Source: Gammaproteobacteria bacterium (GTDB taxonomy: Bacteria > Pseudomonadota > Gammaproteobacteria > Arenicellales > JAANXG01). From it: a DNA stretch of 64,000 nucleotides. The stretch covers positions 4,679 to 68,678 of the forward strand of contig JAHEIO010000007.1 of assembly GCA_024639325.1 (NCBI GenBank), written 5' to 3'. The notes beneath the pieces are model-generated. The model was not told the DNA's origin and searched no databases. It was given only the letters and a program-made list of their open reading frames with translations. Numbering within the stretch: the first letter of the stretch is position 1; each line of letters opens with the position of its first letter. Both the position numbers and the translations under genes were made by a program. Positions 50,611-59,021 of the stretch are shown here, piece after piece.

Positions 50611-51624
50611 TCAGGGATCGACCCGATCGAGGCCGACAAACGTGCCGCCGTTTCGCGTTGTGAGGATTCGCATGAGTGCGGCGAATCGAATACCCGTGGC
50701 GTCGAGGCCGTCCCCTCGCAGAAACTGGACCGGAAAGCCGACCGCGTGGATCCGGACCAGGCGGGATCCATCCTCGCCGGTGCGATTGTAGCGGTCCACG
50801 GTCTTGACCACCTGATCGATGGAGCCCGTAGAGAACTCGTCTCCGAGCACGTAGAGGCTGATCTTCTTGTCAGCCGAATAGAATGTCCTGATCGCGGTGG
50901 TAATCCCTTCTACGGGACTGCTGTTGCTGAATGGATTCCAGCTTGCCAACCGGCTCAGTATGGCCTTTCGCCGCGCCGGTGTATCGGGTATCCATCGGCC
51001 GGAGTACTGTGAGAACATGTATTGACCCATGTCGTTCATTACCTGGATTCCCTTCACCGAAGGATAGATGTCAAGGGTTTCCCTGACCTTGTCCTGCATC
51101 AACCGCCAGCTGAAGTTGAACATGCTGGCGGACGTGTCGATGATGAAAATAATGTACTCGCTATCAACCGGAATGCCGCCAATCGGCGCATCCACGGGTC
51201 TACGCCGGAAGTTGTCGCCCAGCAGCCGCCACATCTCTTCGGTAAGCGACTGCTGGGCTGATTCGAGCTGGCCGGCTATCCGGCGCTGGGTTTCCAGCCG
51301 CTGGGTTGCGTTTCGAAACTCTCCTTCGAGATCGGACAGCTGCTGAAGAAGACGTGCCAACTGCTGCTGCGATTCCGACAGCTGGGGTGTCTTGTTCTGG
51401 AGCTCGCGATTGAGCATACGGGTCTCACCGCGAATCTCGAAAAGCTGCTGCTGAAGATCGGCCACGACGCCGCTCAGGTCCGCCCTGACGCGCTCCAGCA
51501 CCCGGGGTTCACCGGTCTTGGATAACACCAGCACCAGAATGATGGCGCCGAATGCGGAGCAGACTACATCCAGAAAAGAGATGCTGAAGACCTGCGTGTC
51601 CCGCCGGCGGCGCCTCATGGCCAA
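50611..51624 (-). CDS. ExbD/TolR-like membrane anchor - coiled coil - vWA domain protein (paralogue 2)
   Basis: 337 aa. N-terminus MAMRRRRRDTQVFSISFLDVVCSAFGAIILVLVL has an Asp in the TM, as in ExbD (FIDVM). About 110 aa of heptad-rich Q/L/E sequence follows. vWA domain with MIDAS motif DTSAS (IIFIIDTSASM). 10-nt overlap with the upstream paralogue. Confidence 0.7.
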   Translation of the reverse strand: MAMRRRRRDTQVFSISFLDVVCSAFGAIILVLVLSKTGEPRVLERVRADLSGVVADLQQQLFEIRGETRMLNRELQNKTPQLSESQQQLARLLQQLSDLEGEFRNATQRLETQRRIAGQLESAQQSLTEEMWRLLGDNFRRRPVDAPIGGIPVDSEYIIFIIDTSASMFNFSWRLMQDKVRETLDIYPSVKGIQVMNDMGQYMFSQYSGRWIPDTPARRKAILSRLASWNPFSNSSPVEGITTAIRTFYSADKKISLYVLGDEFSTGSIDQVVKTVDRYNRTGEDGSRLVRIHAVGFPVQFLRGDGLDATGIRFAALMRILTTRNGGTFVGLDRVDP

Positions 51625-52718
51625 TCCTTCGAGGGGCTCATGAACGAGCCGCGGCTGCGCACGGCCAGTTTCCAGAACTCACTGGCTGCGAAGGGATCGC
51701 CTTCAATAGGAAAAAGGATGGAATTGACCGGCACGCCGCCGGGCAGCACCCTGACCGCCTGCTTGAAATGACTGAGACGCCGCTTTCCACTTACAGGGCC
51801 GCCGGTATTTCCCGACTGGCCGACCGTCGGTAAACCGTCGGTCAGCAGTATCACGTTGTCCGGCCTGGGCGTGAGACCCCTGATCCGCTCGAATGCCTTG
51901 TACAGGCTTGTTCCACCCCCGGGGACCAGCACGTTCAGTCTGGACATCACCTGGTTCAGGTTCGAAATCTGACTTGCCGCCATCCACTTTCCTTCACCCG
52001 CAAGAAATTTCGCTTCGACATCGAATGCGATGACCTGGAACTCACTGTCCACCGGCAGCTGACTCAACAGCCATTCCACCGTATGCACCGTACGCTGCCA
52101 TTTGCCGGCATTTCGGCGCGCATCGTCGGACATGTTGCGAAGCCTGATGATGTTGACGATGGTTTCGTCCATCATGCTGGCCGAGGCATCGACGAGAATC
52201 AGGATGCGCTTGCCGCCCACTTTCAACCCGGTCAGATACTGCCTGTCCCCTTCGCCGATGAACCGGCGGACGCTGCGGCCCTGTTTCTCGGCCTGCTCGC
52301 GCTCACTTGAAAGCTTTTGCTTTTCGGCATCGACCCGCTTCAGGTCGGATTGCAGTTGATTGATATGCTGTCTTTGCGCGGAGGTAATTTTTTGCAGCGC
52401 GGCAATTTCGATCTTGGTCTGTTCGACGTCCGACAACACCTCCCGGGTTCGGCCTTGGGCCACGATGTTCTGCTGATCGACTTCCTCCAGCGTGTTGCGG
52501 ATCTCGACGAGGTAATCCTCGCCGGTCCGCACCTCGGTTTCCAGCCTCATTACCTCGCCGCGCAGATCCTGTTGCACTTCCTTGCGCTGGGCGAGCGTAT
52601 CGGAGTTGATGATCATCACCAGCAGGATGACGGAACCAAAGCCGCAGAACATGACGTCCAGGAATGAGAGCCCGAAAACGCTGACCTCTCTGCGACGTTT
52701 CACCGCACTCCCCGGCAT
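51615..52718 (-). CDS. ExbD/TolR-like membrane anchor - coiled coil - vWA domain protein (paralogue 1)
   Basis: 367 aa. N-terminus KRRREVSVFGLSFLDVMFCGFGSVILLVMI, then a long coiled coil. vWA domain with MIDAS motif DASAS (ILILVDASASM) and LLTDGLPT. 25 nt downstream of the MotA/ExbB-like gene. Confidence 0.7.
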   Translation of the reverse strand: MPGSAVKRRREVSVFGLSFLDVMFCGFGSVILLVMIINSDTLAQRKEVQQDLRGEVMRLETEVRTGEDYLVEIRNTLEEVDQQNIVAQGRTREVLSDVEQTKIEIAALQKITSAQRQHINQLQSDLKRVDAEKQKLSSEREQAEKQGRSVRRFIGEGDRQYLTGLKVGGKRILILVDASASMMDETIVNIIRLRNMSDDARRNAGKWQRTVHTVEWLLSQLPVDSEFQVIAFDVEAKFLAGEGKWMAASQISNLNQVMSRLNVLVPGGGTSLYKAFERIRGLTPRPDNVILLTDGLPTVGQSGNTGGPVSGKRRLSHFKQAVRVLPGGVPVNSILFPIEGDPFAASEFWKLAVRSRGSFMSPSKDWP

Positions 52719-52743
52719 CCTGGTGCGGTATGCGGGCGATACG

Positions 52744-53544
52744 TCATGCCGGTGACCGTTTCAACCGGTGGATCAGGTAGCGGTCGCAGTAGGTTTCCGT
52801 CTCGAGAACCACACGCTCCTGGGCCAACTGCAGCTGGTGCACGAAGAACATGACCACGATGCTGATGGCCAGAGCCACGAACGTCGAATTGAAGGCCACG
52901 CCGAGACTCTGGGTTACACCGGTGATATCGCCCTCGACGGCGCGGTGTGCCTGGGCAAGCGCATCACTGATCCCTCTCACCGTTCCAATAAAGCCGATGG
53001 AAGGAATGGCCCAGGCGATGTAGCGAATGATCGACAACTCCGATTCCAGTCGATCGGCTTCGGTCTGGCAGACTTCCCGGGCAGCCGCGGACACGTCCTG
53101 AACATTTCCCGTCGCCGAAAAGCGGTGCAGGGCCGCGCCCAATGCGCGCGGAAGCAGTGCTTCCCTCGCTCGCGGCGGCAGCCCATCGAGTCGGCGGTTA
53201 AGCTGGTTCGTATCCAGTTCGGCGTCGTGCTGTTCGTCTTCTCCATCGACCAGGTTGTAGAGAAGTTTTCGCTCGCGATAGCTGGCATAACCCTTGTATC
53301 CCATGATGCTGAAAGCCCACAGTGCGAGGATGAAACATGCTTCCTGCTCGAAATCCCTGATCACCACGAATATGGAACGCTGCTGTACGTACTCGGCGTC
53401 CGCTTTCATTCGGGCGACTTCCCGCTCCATGAATGCGTTGGCGTTTGGCCGGATCACCGCAACGTATAAAGCGTGCACGATGATGATCGCGATCAGCAAT
53501 GAAAACACCTGGTAGACGAATTCGATCGGTATGGCTTTTTTCAT
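52744..53544 (-). CDS. MotA/TolQ/ExbB proton-channel family protein
   Basis: 266 aa. C-terminal channel signature IAWAIPSIGFIGTVRGISDAL ... LGVAFNSTFVALAISIVVMFFV. Also has N-terminal TM helices and a ~90-aa cytoplasmic loop. Confidence 0.8.
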   Translation of the reverse strand: MKKAIPIEFVYQVFSLLIAIIIVHALYVAVIRPNANAFMEREVARMKADAEYVQQRSIFVVIRDFEQEACFILALWAFSIMGYKGYASYRERKLLYNLVDGEDEQHDAELDTNQLNRRLDGLPPRAREALLPRALGAALHRFSATGNVQDVSAAAREVCQTEADRLESELSIIRYIAWAIPSIGFIGTVRGISDALAQAHRAVEGDITGVTQSLGVAFNSTFVALAISIVVMFFVHQLQLAQERVVLETETYCDRYLIHRLKRSPA

Positions 53545-53585
53545 CTTCTCTCGCTCACGGTGCAGTGTGTGTTGAGAAATACGGG

Positions 53586-53849
53586 TTAAATATCCGCGGG
53601 AAATGCTATGACGCTGTCCGGTGAGATGGTCTCCCTGGGTATGAAACGTGCCGGCGGCCCGGATCCCTTGCCCCCACCCTCGGTGGAACCCGCCGCATCA
53701 GTCTCCGGCCGCGCATCGCCGGCGACCGCTTCCGGTTCTGCTTCCAGGGCCGGATCCTGGGGCCGTTCGGGGTCTTGGGCCGATGCGTGCATTCCGAAAA
53801 ACACCAGCGCCAGCAGCGGAAGCAGAAGCAGGCTTCTTTCAATCCGCAT
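53586..53849 (-). CDS. small secreted Pro/Glu/Ala-rich protein
   Basis: Start at the internal ATG (MRIERSLLLLPLLALVFFGMHASAQ) with an AGGA Shine-Dalgarno. Signal peptide, then a low-complexity acidic Pro-rich region, ending RFIPRETISPDSVIAFPADI. 11-nt overlap with the upstream gene. Confidence 0.5.
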   Translation of the reverse strand: MRIERSLLLLPLLALVFFGMHASAQDPERPQDPALEAEPEAVAGDARPETDAAGSTEGGGKGSGPPARFIPRETISPDSVIAFPADI

Positions 53850-56226
53850 ATCGGGCGATCCTAAATCCCAGGTCATTGCGCGGTTCCGCGGCATAGTCCC
53901 GGTAGCTCAACCGCAGCTCACTCAAGGTCGAGTCTTTCCAGCCGGCGCCGCGCACCACGTGGTGACGACCGGATTCCGGGCCCCTGGGGTCCACGGCCGC
54001 GGCGCTCGTCTCCATGGGATACACGGCATAGAAGTCATGGACCCACTCTGCCACATTTCCACCGAGATCGTACAACCCGGCCTCATTCGCGCTGTAGCTG
54101 CCGACAGGCGCCGCAACCGGATTCGCGTCGTCGTATGATGACAGGGTATAGGACAACAGAGAGGACGCGGATCGATCGGCAAAATTCTCGGATCTTGCCG
54201 CAGGGGGATAGGTCTCACCCCAGGCGTATTTTTTTGGTTTGGATCCGATGAACCTTGCCGCCCTCGCCCACTCCGCCTCGGTTGGCAATCGATAACCACT
54301 GGCAGGAGGCTGGATCAGCACCCATCTTTCTCCGTCTTTTCGATAAGCGGGCGGCAGACCGTCCTGAGCGCTGAGCCAGTTCAGGTAGGCCACGGCATCC
54401 TCCCAGCTGATATTGACTGCGGGCTGATCGTCCCGGTCCAGGCTCCGACCGTAGGCGGCGCCGGAAGAATGCTCCGGCCTGAAACGCCGGAACTCACCGT
54501 TGGTCACCTCCCGTGCGCTGAGATAGTAGGGTTTGGTCAATACCACGCGACGAAGATTTTCATTGGCGCGGTGTCCCTGTTCACGACGGGAGGAACCCAT
54601 GGTGAACTCGCCGGGCGTTACCAGCTTGAGCTCCTGGCCCTGGCCGGTACGATTCAAATCCGGCTTGGCGGCAACCGGAGACGGCGTCTTGCCCACGGGG
54701 TTCAGTTCCACTGACAGCTCCTTGCTCACTCCCGGACGCGGCGTCAACTCGATGCGTTTCGATTCATATCCGGGCTTGCTGAACTCGAGCGTGTGCCGCC
54801 TCGCAGTCAGTCGCAATCGCTGACTGGCAGGGCCCATGTCACGGCCGTCAACGGCAACGGTCGCATCGGCCGGATTGGACGTGATGAACACCACACCGTA
54901 CAAGGGGACCAGCTCCAGGGAAAGGGCATCGCTCTCCCCCGGCTCCATAGTAACGGTCCTTTTGACCGTCTCATATCCGGCGCTGGCCAATGCAATTTCA
55001 TGTTTTTCCCAGGGCGACAGCTTCAGATCCAGCGGAGTGCCGCCGTGGTAAACGCCATCAACGGTTACGGTCGCCGGCGGTTTCGTCAACAGCCTCAAAT
55101 TGGCCGGCACCGGCGTAAGCCGTACAACCGGCGCCGCCATGGCGATCCCCGCCTCCACCGTCAATTCAATCGATTCCGGTTGGTATTTTTCGAGCTCCAT
55201 ACCCACCTGGTGACGGCCGGAGAGTATGTCAACGGTTAGCGGGGTGACGCCCGCAATTTCATCACCGAGTATGACGGATGCTCCCTCGGGCTCGGAACGA
55301 AACGTGACCGGCGCCCAGTCAGGAGCCAGTTCGACGCGAAAGACCTGCTCCCTGTCCAGGCCCTCGACATTTATCTCCATTACGGAATCCTGGTAGCGTT
55401 GCTTCGACAGTACGAGACGGCGTGGACCCGCCGCTAGCTTTTTCTCGATCAACGGCGTTGGACCGAGAAATTCTTCGCCGACGCTGACGTCCGCGCCGTC
55501 CGGACGGGAATAGATGGATACCCGGCCCGGCAGTTTTGTCATCTCGAAAGGAAACTCCGTATACCCCCCCCGGACCACGGAGATGGATGCGTCCATCGAT
55601 TCAAAGCCCCGTTTTTCGGCCAGAATACGGTAGTCCCCAGGTAGTGCCAGATAGCGGTCCCGCAGCGGCAAGGGAGGGGGAAATCCCCGTATCTCCATGC
55701 GTTCGGGCTCGGGTGTTACGGAAACCGATATCGGTGTCGCAACGAACACGAAAAGCAGAACCATGACGAGCACGAGAAAAATACCCAGCAGCGCGGCCTT
55801 GAACAATCGCACGCGTCCCGACCGGATGCCGTGCCGCCGAGTCGCGTGGCTTTGAGCTGTTTGTTCATTGCCTGTTTCAGCACCGCTCGTTGTGCCGGAC
55901 TCCTTTTCCACGAATTCGAGCAGCTGACCCGAATAGTCCAGGGAATACTTGACATTACCCACCCCGAGTTCGTCACCGCGGCGTAATGGAGCAGCCTCGT
56001 CAATGGCCGTGTCGTTCAAGCGCAATTCGATCGCGGGCGTTGCCGGAACTATCCACGCGTGACCGTCACGGTTCTCGATATACGCGTACCGGTTGTTGCT
56101 CGGGTCATCCGGGATGGATACATCGGCACCGTGTCCCCCGATTCCGATCCGGTCCGACTCCCGGCACTTGAACGTTCGTCCGTCGGCGGTCTTAACGGTG
56201 ACGGTATTCAAACCCTTTCCCCGCAC
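53839..56226 (-). CDS. FHA-like - TM - 5x PEGA - FGE/SUMF1-like domain protein
   Basis: 795 aa, GTG start. Degenerate N-terminal FHA-like fold (IGIGGHGADVSIPDD ... LRRGDELGVGNVKYSL). One TM (AALLGIFLVLVMVLLFVFV). Five PEGA-type repeats (e.g. VTFRSEPEGASVILGDEIAGVTPL). C-terminal FGE-sulfatase-like domain (GYRLPTEAEWARAA, GNVAEWV, RGAGW, LGFRIA) containing no cysteine. Confidence 0.75.
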   Translation of the reverse strand: MRGKGLNTVTVKTADGRTFKCRESDRIGIGGHGADVSIPDDPSNNRYAYIENRDGHAWIVPATPAIELRLNDTAIDEAAPLRRGDELGVGNVKYSLDYSGQLLEFVEKESGTTSGAETGNEQTAQSHATRRHGIRSGRVRLFKAALLGIFLVLVMVLLFVFVATPISVSVTPEPERMEIRGFPPPLPLRDRYLALPGDYRILAEKRGFESMDASISVVRGGYTEFPFEMTKLPGRVSIYSRPDGADVSVGEEFLGPTPLIEKKLAAGPRRLVLSKQRYQDSVMEINVEGLDREQVFRVELAPDWAPVTFRSEPEGASVILGDEIAGVTPLTVDILSGRHQVGMELEKYQPESIELTVEAGIAMAAPVVRLTPVPANLRLLTKPPATVTVDGVYHGGTPLDLKLSPWEKHEIALASAGYETVKRTVTMEPGESDALSLELVPLYGVVFITSNPADATVAVDGRDMGPASQRLRLTARRHTLEFSKPGYESKRIELTPRPGVSKELSVELNPVGKTPSPVAAKPDLNRTGQGQELKLVTPGEFTMGSSRREQGHRANENLRRVVLTKPYYLSAREVTNGEFRRFRPEHSSGAAYGRSLDRDDQPAVNISWEDAVAYLNWLSAQDGLPPAYRKDGERWVLIQPPASGYRLPTEAEWARAARFIGSKPKKYAWGETYPPAARSENFADRSASSLLSYTLSSYDDANPVAAPVGSYSANEAGLYDLGGNVAEWVHDFYAVYPMETSAAAVDPRGPESGRHHVVRGAGWKDSTLSELRLSYRDYAAEPRNDLGFRIARYAD

Positions 56227-57689
56227 TTGACAACCAGAGACGGCGTTGCGGAGCCCAGGCGCACATTCAACTCAAAGCGCACGTCCCGGTAACCCGTTCT
56301 CGATCCCAGCACGACATACTTACCCGGCAACAAGGCCACCGTCTTTTGCTCGAATTTACCGAAACGTCCAATCCGGTTGATTGTCACATCCGTCAATCCA
56401 TCGGACACCAGCGCTACCGGTACCGGGGTTTCCGCAAGTGCTACCAGTTCGGCAAGCTGGTCGAGTTTTTGCTGCAGTCGCGGACCCTTGTCGAGGTTCG
56501 ATGCCCCGGCGTCCAACAGAGTTCGCGCATTTGCTCTCGGCTGTGACGAACGCAAGCGATCCGGATCCTGCAACCACGCGTTGAGCTGATCGTGGAGCTT
56601 CGCCAGCCGGCGGCCCTGCGCCAGCCCCTGTACCGCGAATTGTGCCTGGGGATCTATGGCGAGCACCGCGTCCAGTTCACGCGACGACTCGTGCCAGCGC
56701 TCGGCCTGTGCGAATTTCTCAGCCCGCGTTCTGTGTTCGCTTATCTTTTGTTGTTGAATCGCGAGCTTCAGCCGCCCGCGGGCGTCGGCCACCCCTGGCG
56801 CATCGACATGAATAGCCTCGGCCGCCGACAGCGCCCGGCCGGCCGCGTCAAACCGCCCGTTTTCCATGGCCGTTAGCGCCTCGGACATCAGCTTATTGAA
56901 ACGCCGGGATTCGATTTCTGCGCCGACCCGGTCCAGTTCAGAACGGGCCCCTGATGCCAGCGGGTCCAGGGCGACCGCCTGTTCCAGCAGGGCTTGCGCG
57001 GACGCCAGGTCGTTCTTTGCCTCCGCCTCCCGGGCCCGGTTCAACAGGCGGGAGAGCTGTTCGACATTCCCGGCACGGGCCGCGCCAGCACGGGCCTGCT
57101 CGTCAGCCGAATCGAGCGCTAGCGCAATCTGGAACTGGCGCCGGGCCGCATCCGCATCAAATCGTTCGAGTGCAATCTCTCCTTCGGTCAGCGCCTTTTG
57201 CAAGCGCTCCGGTGTGGACTCCTCCAGGGCCTCCAGCAGCCGGGTTGCTGCCTCGTATCCTGTTTTCGCCTGCTCGAAACTTTCGTTGGCGAAGGATGCA
57301 TCCGCCTCAGCCACGGCCTGGAGCGCGTTGTCGTACTCCCGCCCGCCCCAGATCGACACCTCCCGTGCCTCCATAACGGCTTGTCGTTTAAGGTACTGCT
57401 GCAACGCTTTTTCCGCTTCGCGCTTGTACCGGGCCCGACGGGTTTCCGATTCGGATGGTGGCGAGGCGTCAACCTGTCGCGCCCCTGCGTCATCGTCCTC
57501 TACCCGGGTCACTGGATCGACGTAGCCGGGTAAAATCCAGATCACCGCAACCACCAATACCAATAATGAAACGAGGGCAATGAGCAGAACCGTGCGAATG
57601 CCTGATCGTCGCGTCGATTTTTCTTTCCGTCGCACCGGCTGCTCGGAGATGCCTTTTTCCTCGCCGGGATCGTCGGGCACGTTATCCAT
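56208..57689 (-). CDS. single-pass membrane protein with periplasmic helical (TPR-like) repeats and a PEGA-like C-terminal domain
   Basis: Start set at the internal ATG (MDNVPDDPGEE) at 57689. TM IRTVLLIALVSLLVLVVAVIWIL. About 330 aa of Ala/Leu/Arg/Glu-rich repeats. C-terminus LLPGKYVVLGSRTGYRDVRFELNV resembles a PEGA strand pattern. Confidence 0.6.
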   Translation of the reverse strand: MDNVPDDPGEEKGISEQPVRRKEKSTRRSGIRTVLLIALVSLLVLVVAVIWILPGYVDPVTRVEDDDAGARQVDASPPSESETRRARYKREAEKALQQYLKRQAVMEAREVSIWGGREYDNALQAVAEADASFANESFEQAKTGYEAATRLLEALEESTPERLQKALTEGEIALERFDADAARRQFQIALALDSADEQARAGAARAGNVEQLSRLLNRAREAEAKNDLASAQALLEQAVALDPLASGARSELDRVGAEIESRRFNKLMSEALTAMENGRFDAAGRALSAAEAIHVDAPGVADARGRLKLAIQQQKISEHRTRAEKFAQAERWHESSRELDAVLAIDPQAQFAVQGLAQGRRLAKLHDQLNAWLQDPDRLRSSQPRANARTLLDAGASNLDKGPRLQQKLDQLAELVALAETPVPVALVSDGLTDVTINRIGRFGKFEQKTVALLPGKYVVLGSRTGYRDVRFELNVRLGSATPSLVVKCGERV

Positions 57690-57718
57690 GTCCACTTCCA
57701 CCAGCCGACCGGTTTTCC

Positions 57719-59020
57719 TCAGCTTATGCCGGAGTTGATTGCGGCATTGTCGCCCTGATTCGAGGGTGCGCCCTGTTCGTCTCCAGCCGGCGTGAAAATA
57801 TTCTCCGCAGGCGGCGTTTCGCCTTCCGTCTGGATAGTGGGAACGGGCAGCCCGGTCTCTGTTCGATATATCTCGCGGAGCAGTTCCCGCCACTTGATGA
57901 ATTGCTCTTCAGCCGAACCGGTCAACTCTGCGGTCTGCCCTTCGATATCCACCACCATCGGTGCGACTTCCGCCTGAAAGGATTCGCCCAGCTCCCGAAT
58001 CGCGTCTTTGTGTATTCTTTTCTGCGCCCCCAGATCTGCGCCGCCTTTGACCGATGCCGCACCCCCAATGACCATAACATCGCGCAGGGTATCGGTATTC
58101 GTATCTCCTCCGAGCACCTCCACCGCGATAGCGCCGATGATCAATGCGCTTCCCAGGAGGTAGCGCTGGGTGCTTTTACGCTTGACTTCCCTCAATGCGG
58201 CAGCTTCCTCAGAGTTCAGCCTGCGCCAATCGAAATAAGGAGACTCCATTTCGGCATAAAGGTTGTCGTAGTACCCGTTGATCACGTCTACCATCAAGTA
58301 CTCGCGCTCGCGAATCTCGAGCACGCGCGCCATCATCGGATCGTTTGTCGCGGGGAGCCTTTGAATCTGGTACGAACCATCCTCGACGTTCAGGTGTTCG
58401 CTGAATGCATCAGGCGCCAGCGACCTGGCGAAGCGCAGCCGTGCGACGCGCCGTATGTGCTCGATCTGTTCCTGAGCCAGCCCCGATTTTTCCCGGAACA
58501 GGTCGTTGGCGATGCGGTTATAGACATCCTGGAAAACCTCTTTCTCCCGGTTTTGACCATAAACGGACTGCGGCACACGTTTCTCGTATTTGCGGCTGAA
58601 CCACTTAGTGCCGCCCGCATCGTAGGCGTGGATCTGTAATACCAGTGACTCCCCGTCCGACCGGTCGATCTGTCCGGCAACGATGATTTCTGCGGCTTCG
58701 GACTGGCCGGGCAGGACCCTGACGGCACCCCAGTGCCCGGTTTGTTGAATGGTGTCGCGGAGGTGGATGGCAATGTAGCGCGATTCGGCGTTCCGAACCT
58801 CTTCGGATACGCCCTTCTCCCTGTCGTCGTCGCTGATAGGACCGGGGTCGAGAACGAATATGCCCACGTCCAGAAGCTCACGTTCCGGCACCTCCCTTTG
58901 GGCGTTGTTGATCAGGGTGTCGGGCACGTGCGGCGCCTCGGGCACCGTCTGGCACGACGTCACAGCGCCCGCCAGTAAAACGGCGAGCAAGGATGTCCGA
59001 GTTGTTTGCCGACGGTTCAT
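57719..59020 (-). CDS. lipoprotein with C-terminal glycine-zipper-like hydrophobic segments
   Basis: 433 aa with lipobox LLAGAVTSC. Later has LLGSALIIGAIAVEVLGG and VMVIGGAASVKGG segments. No family recognised. Confidence 0.6.
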   Translation of the reverse strand: MNRRQTTRTSLLAVLLAGAVTSCQTVPEAPHVPDTLINNAQREVPERELLDVGIFVLDPGPISDDDREKGVSEEVRNAESRYIAIHLRDTIQQTGHWGAVRVLPGQSEAAEIIVAGQIDRSDGESLVLQIHAYDAGGTKWFSRKYEKRVPQSVYGQNREKEVFQDVYNRIANDLFREKSGLAQEQIEHIRRVARLRFARSLAPDAFSEHLNVEDGSYQIQRLPATNDPMMARVLEIREREYLMVDVINGYYDNLYAEMESPYFDWRRLNSEEAAALREVKRKSTQRYLLGSALIIGAIAVEVLGGDTNTDTLRDVMVIGGAASVKGGADLGAQKRIHKDAIRELGESFQAEVAPMVVDIEGQTAELTGSAEEQFIKWRELLREIYRTETGLPVPTIQTEGETPPAENIFTPAGDEQGAPSNQGDNAAINSGIS

Positions 59021-59021
59021 C

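Noticed and set aside
50611-53544. Zorya-type anti-phage system (MotA/MotB-like stator)
   Set aside because: Zorya requires a ZorA with a long cytoplasmic tail, a ZorB with a peptidoglycan-binding domain, and ZorC/ZorD-type nuclease or helicase effectors. None of these is recognisable here. The coiled coils sit on the ExbD-like partners and are predicted to be periplasmic.
50611-57689. Bat (aerotolerance) / MoxR-vWA type operon
   Set aside because: Bat-like loci pair TM-vWA and TPR proteins with a MoxR AAA+ ATPase and a DUF58 protein. No ATPase or DUF58-like gene is present, and Bat vWA proteins are not associated with a MotA/ExbB channel.
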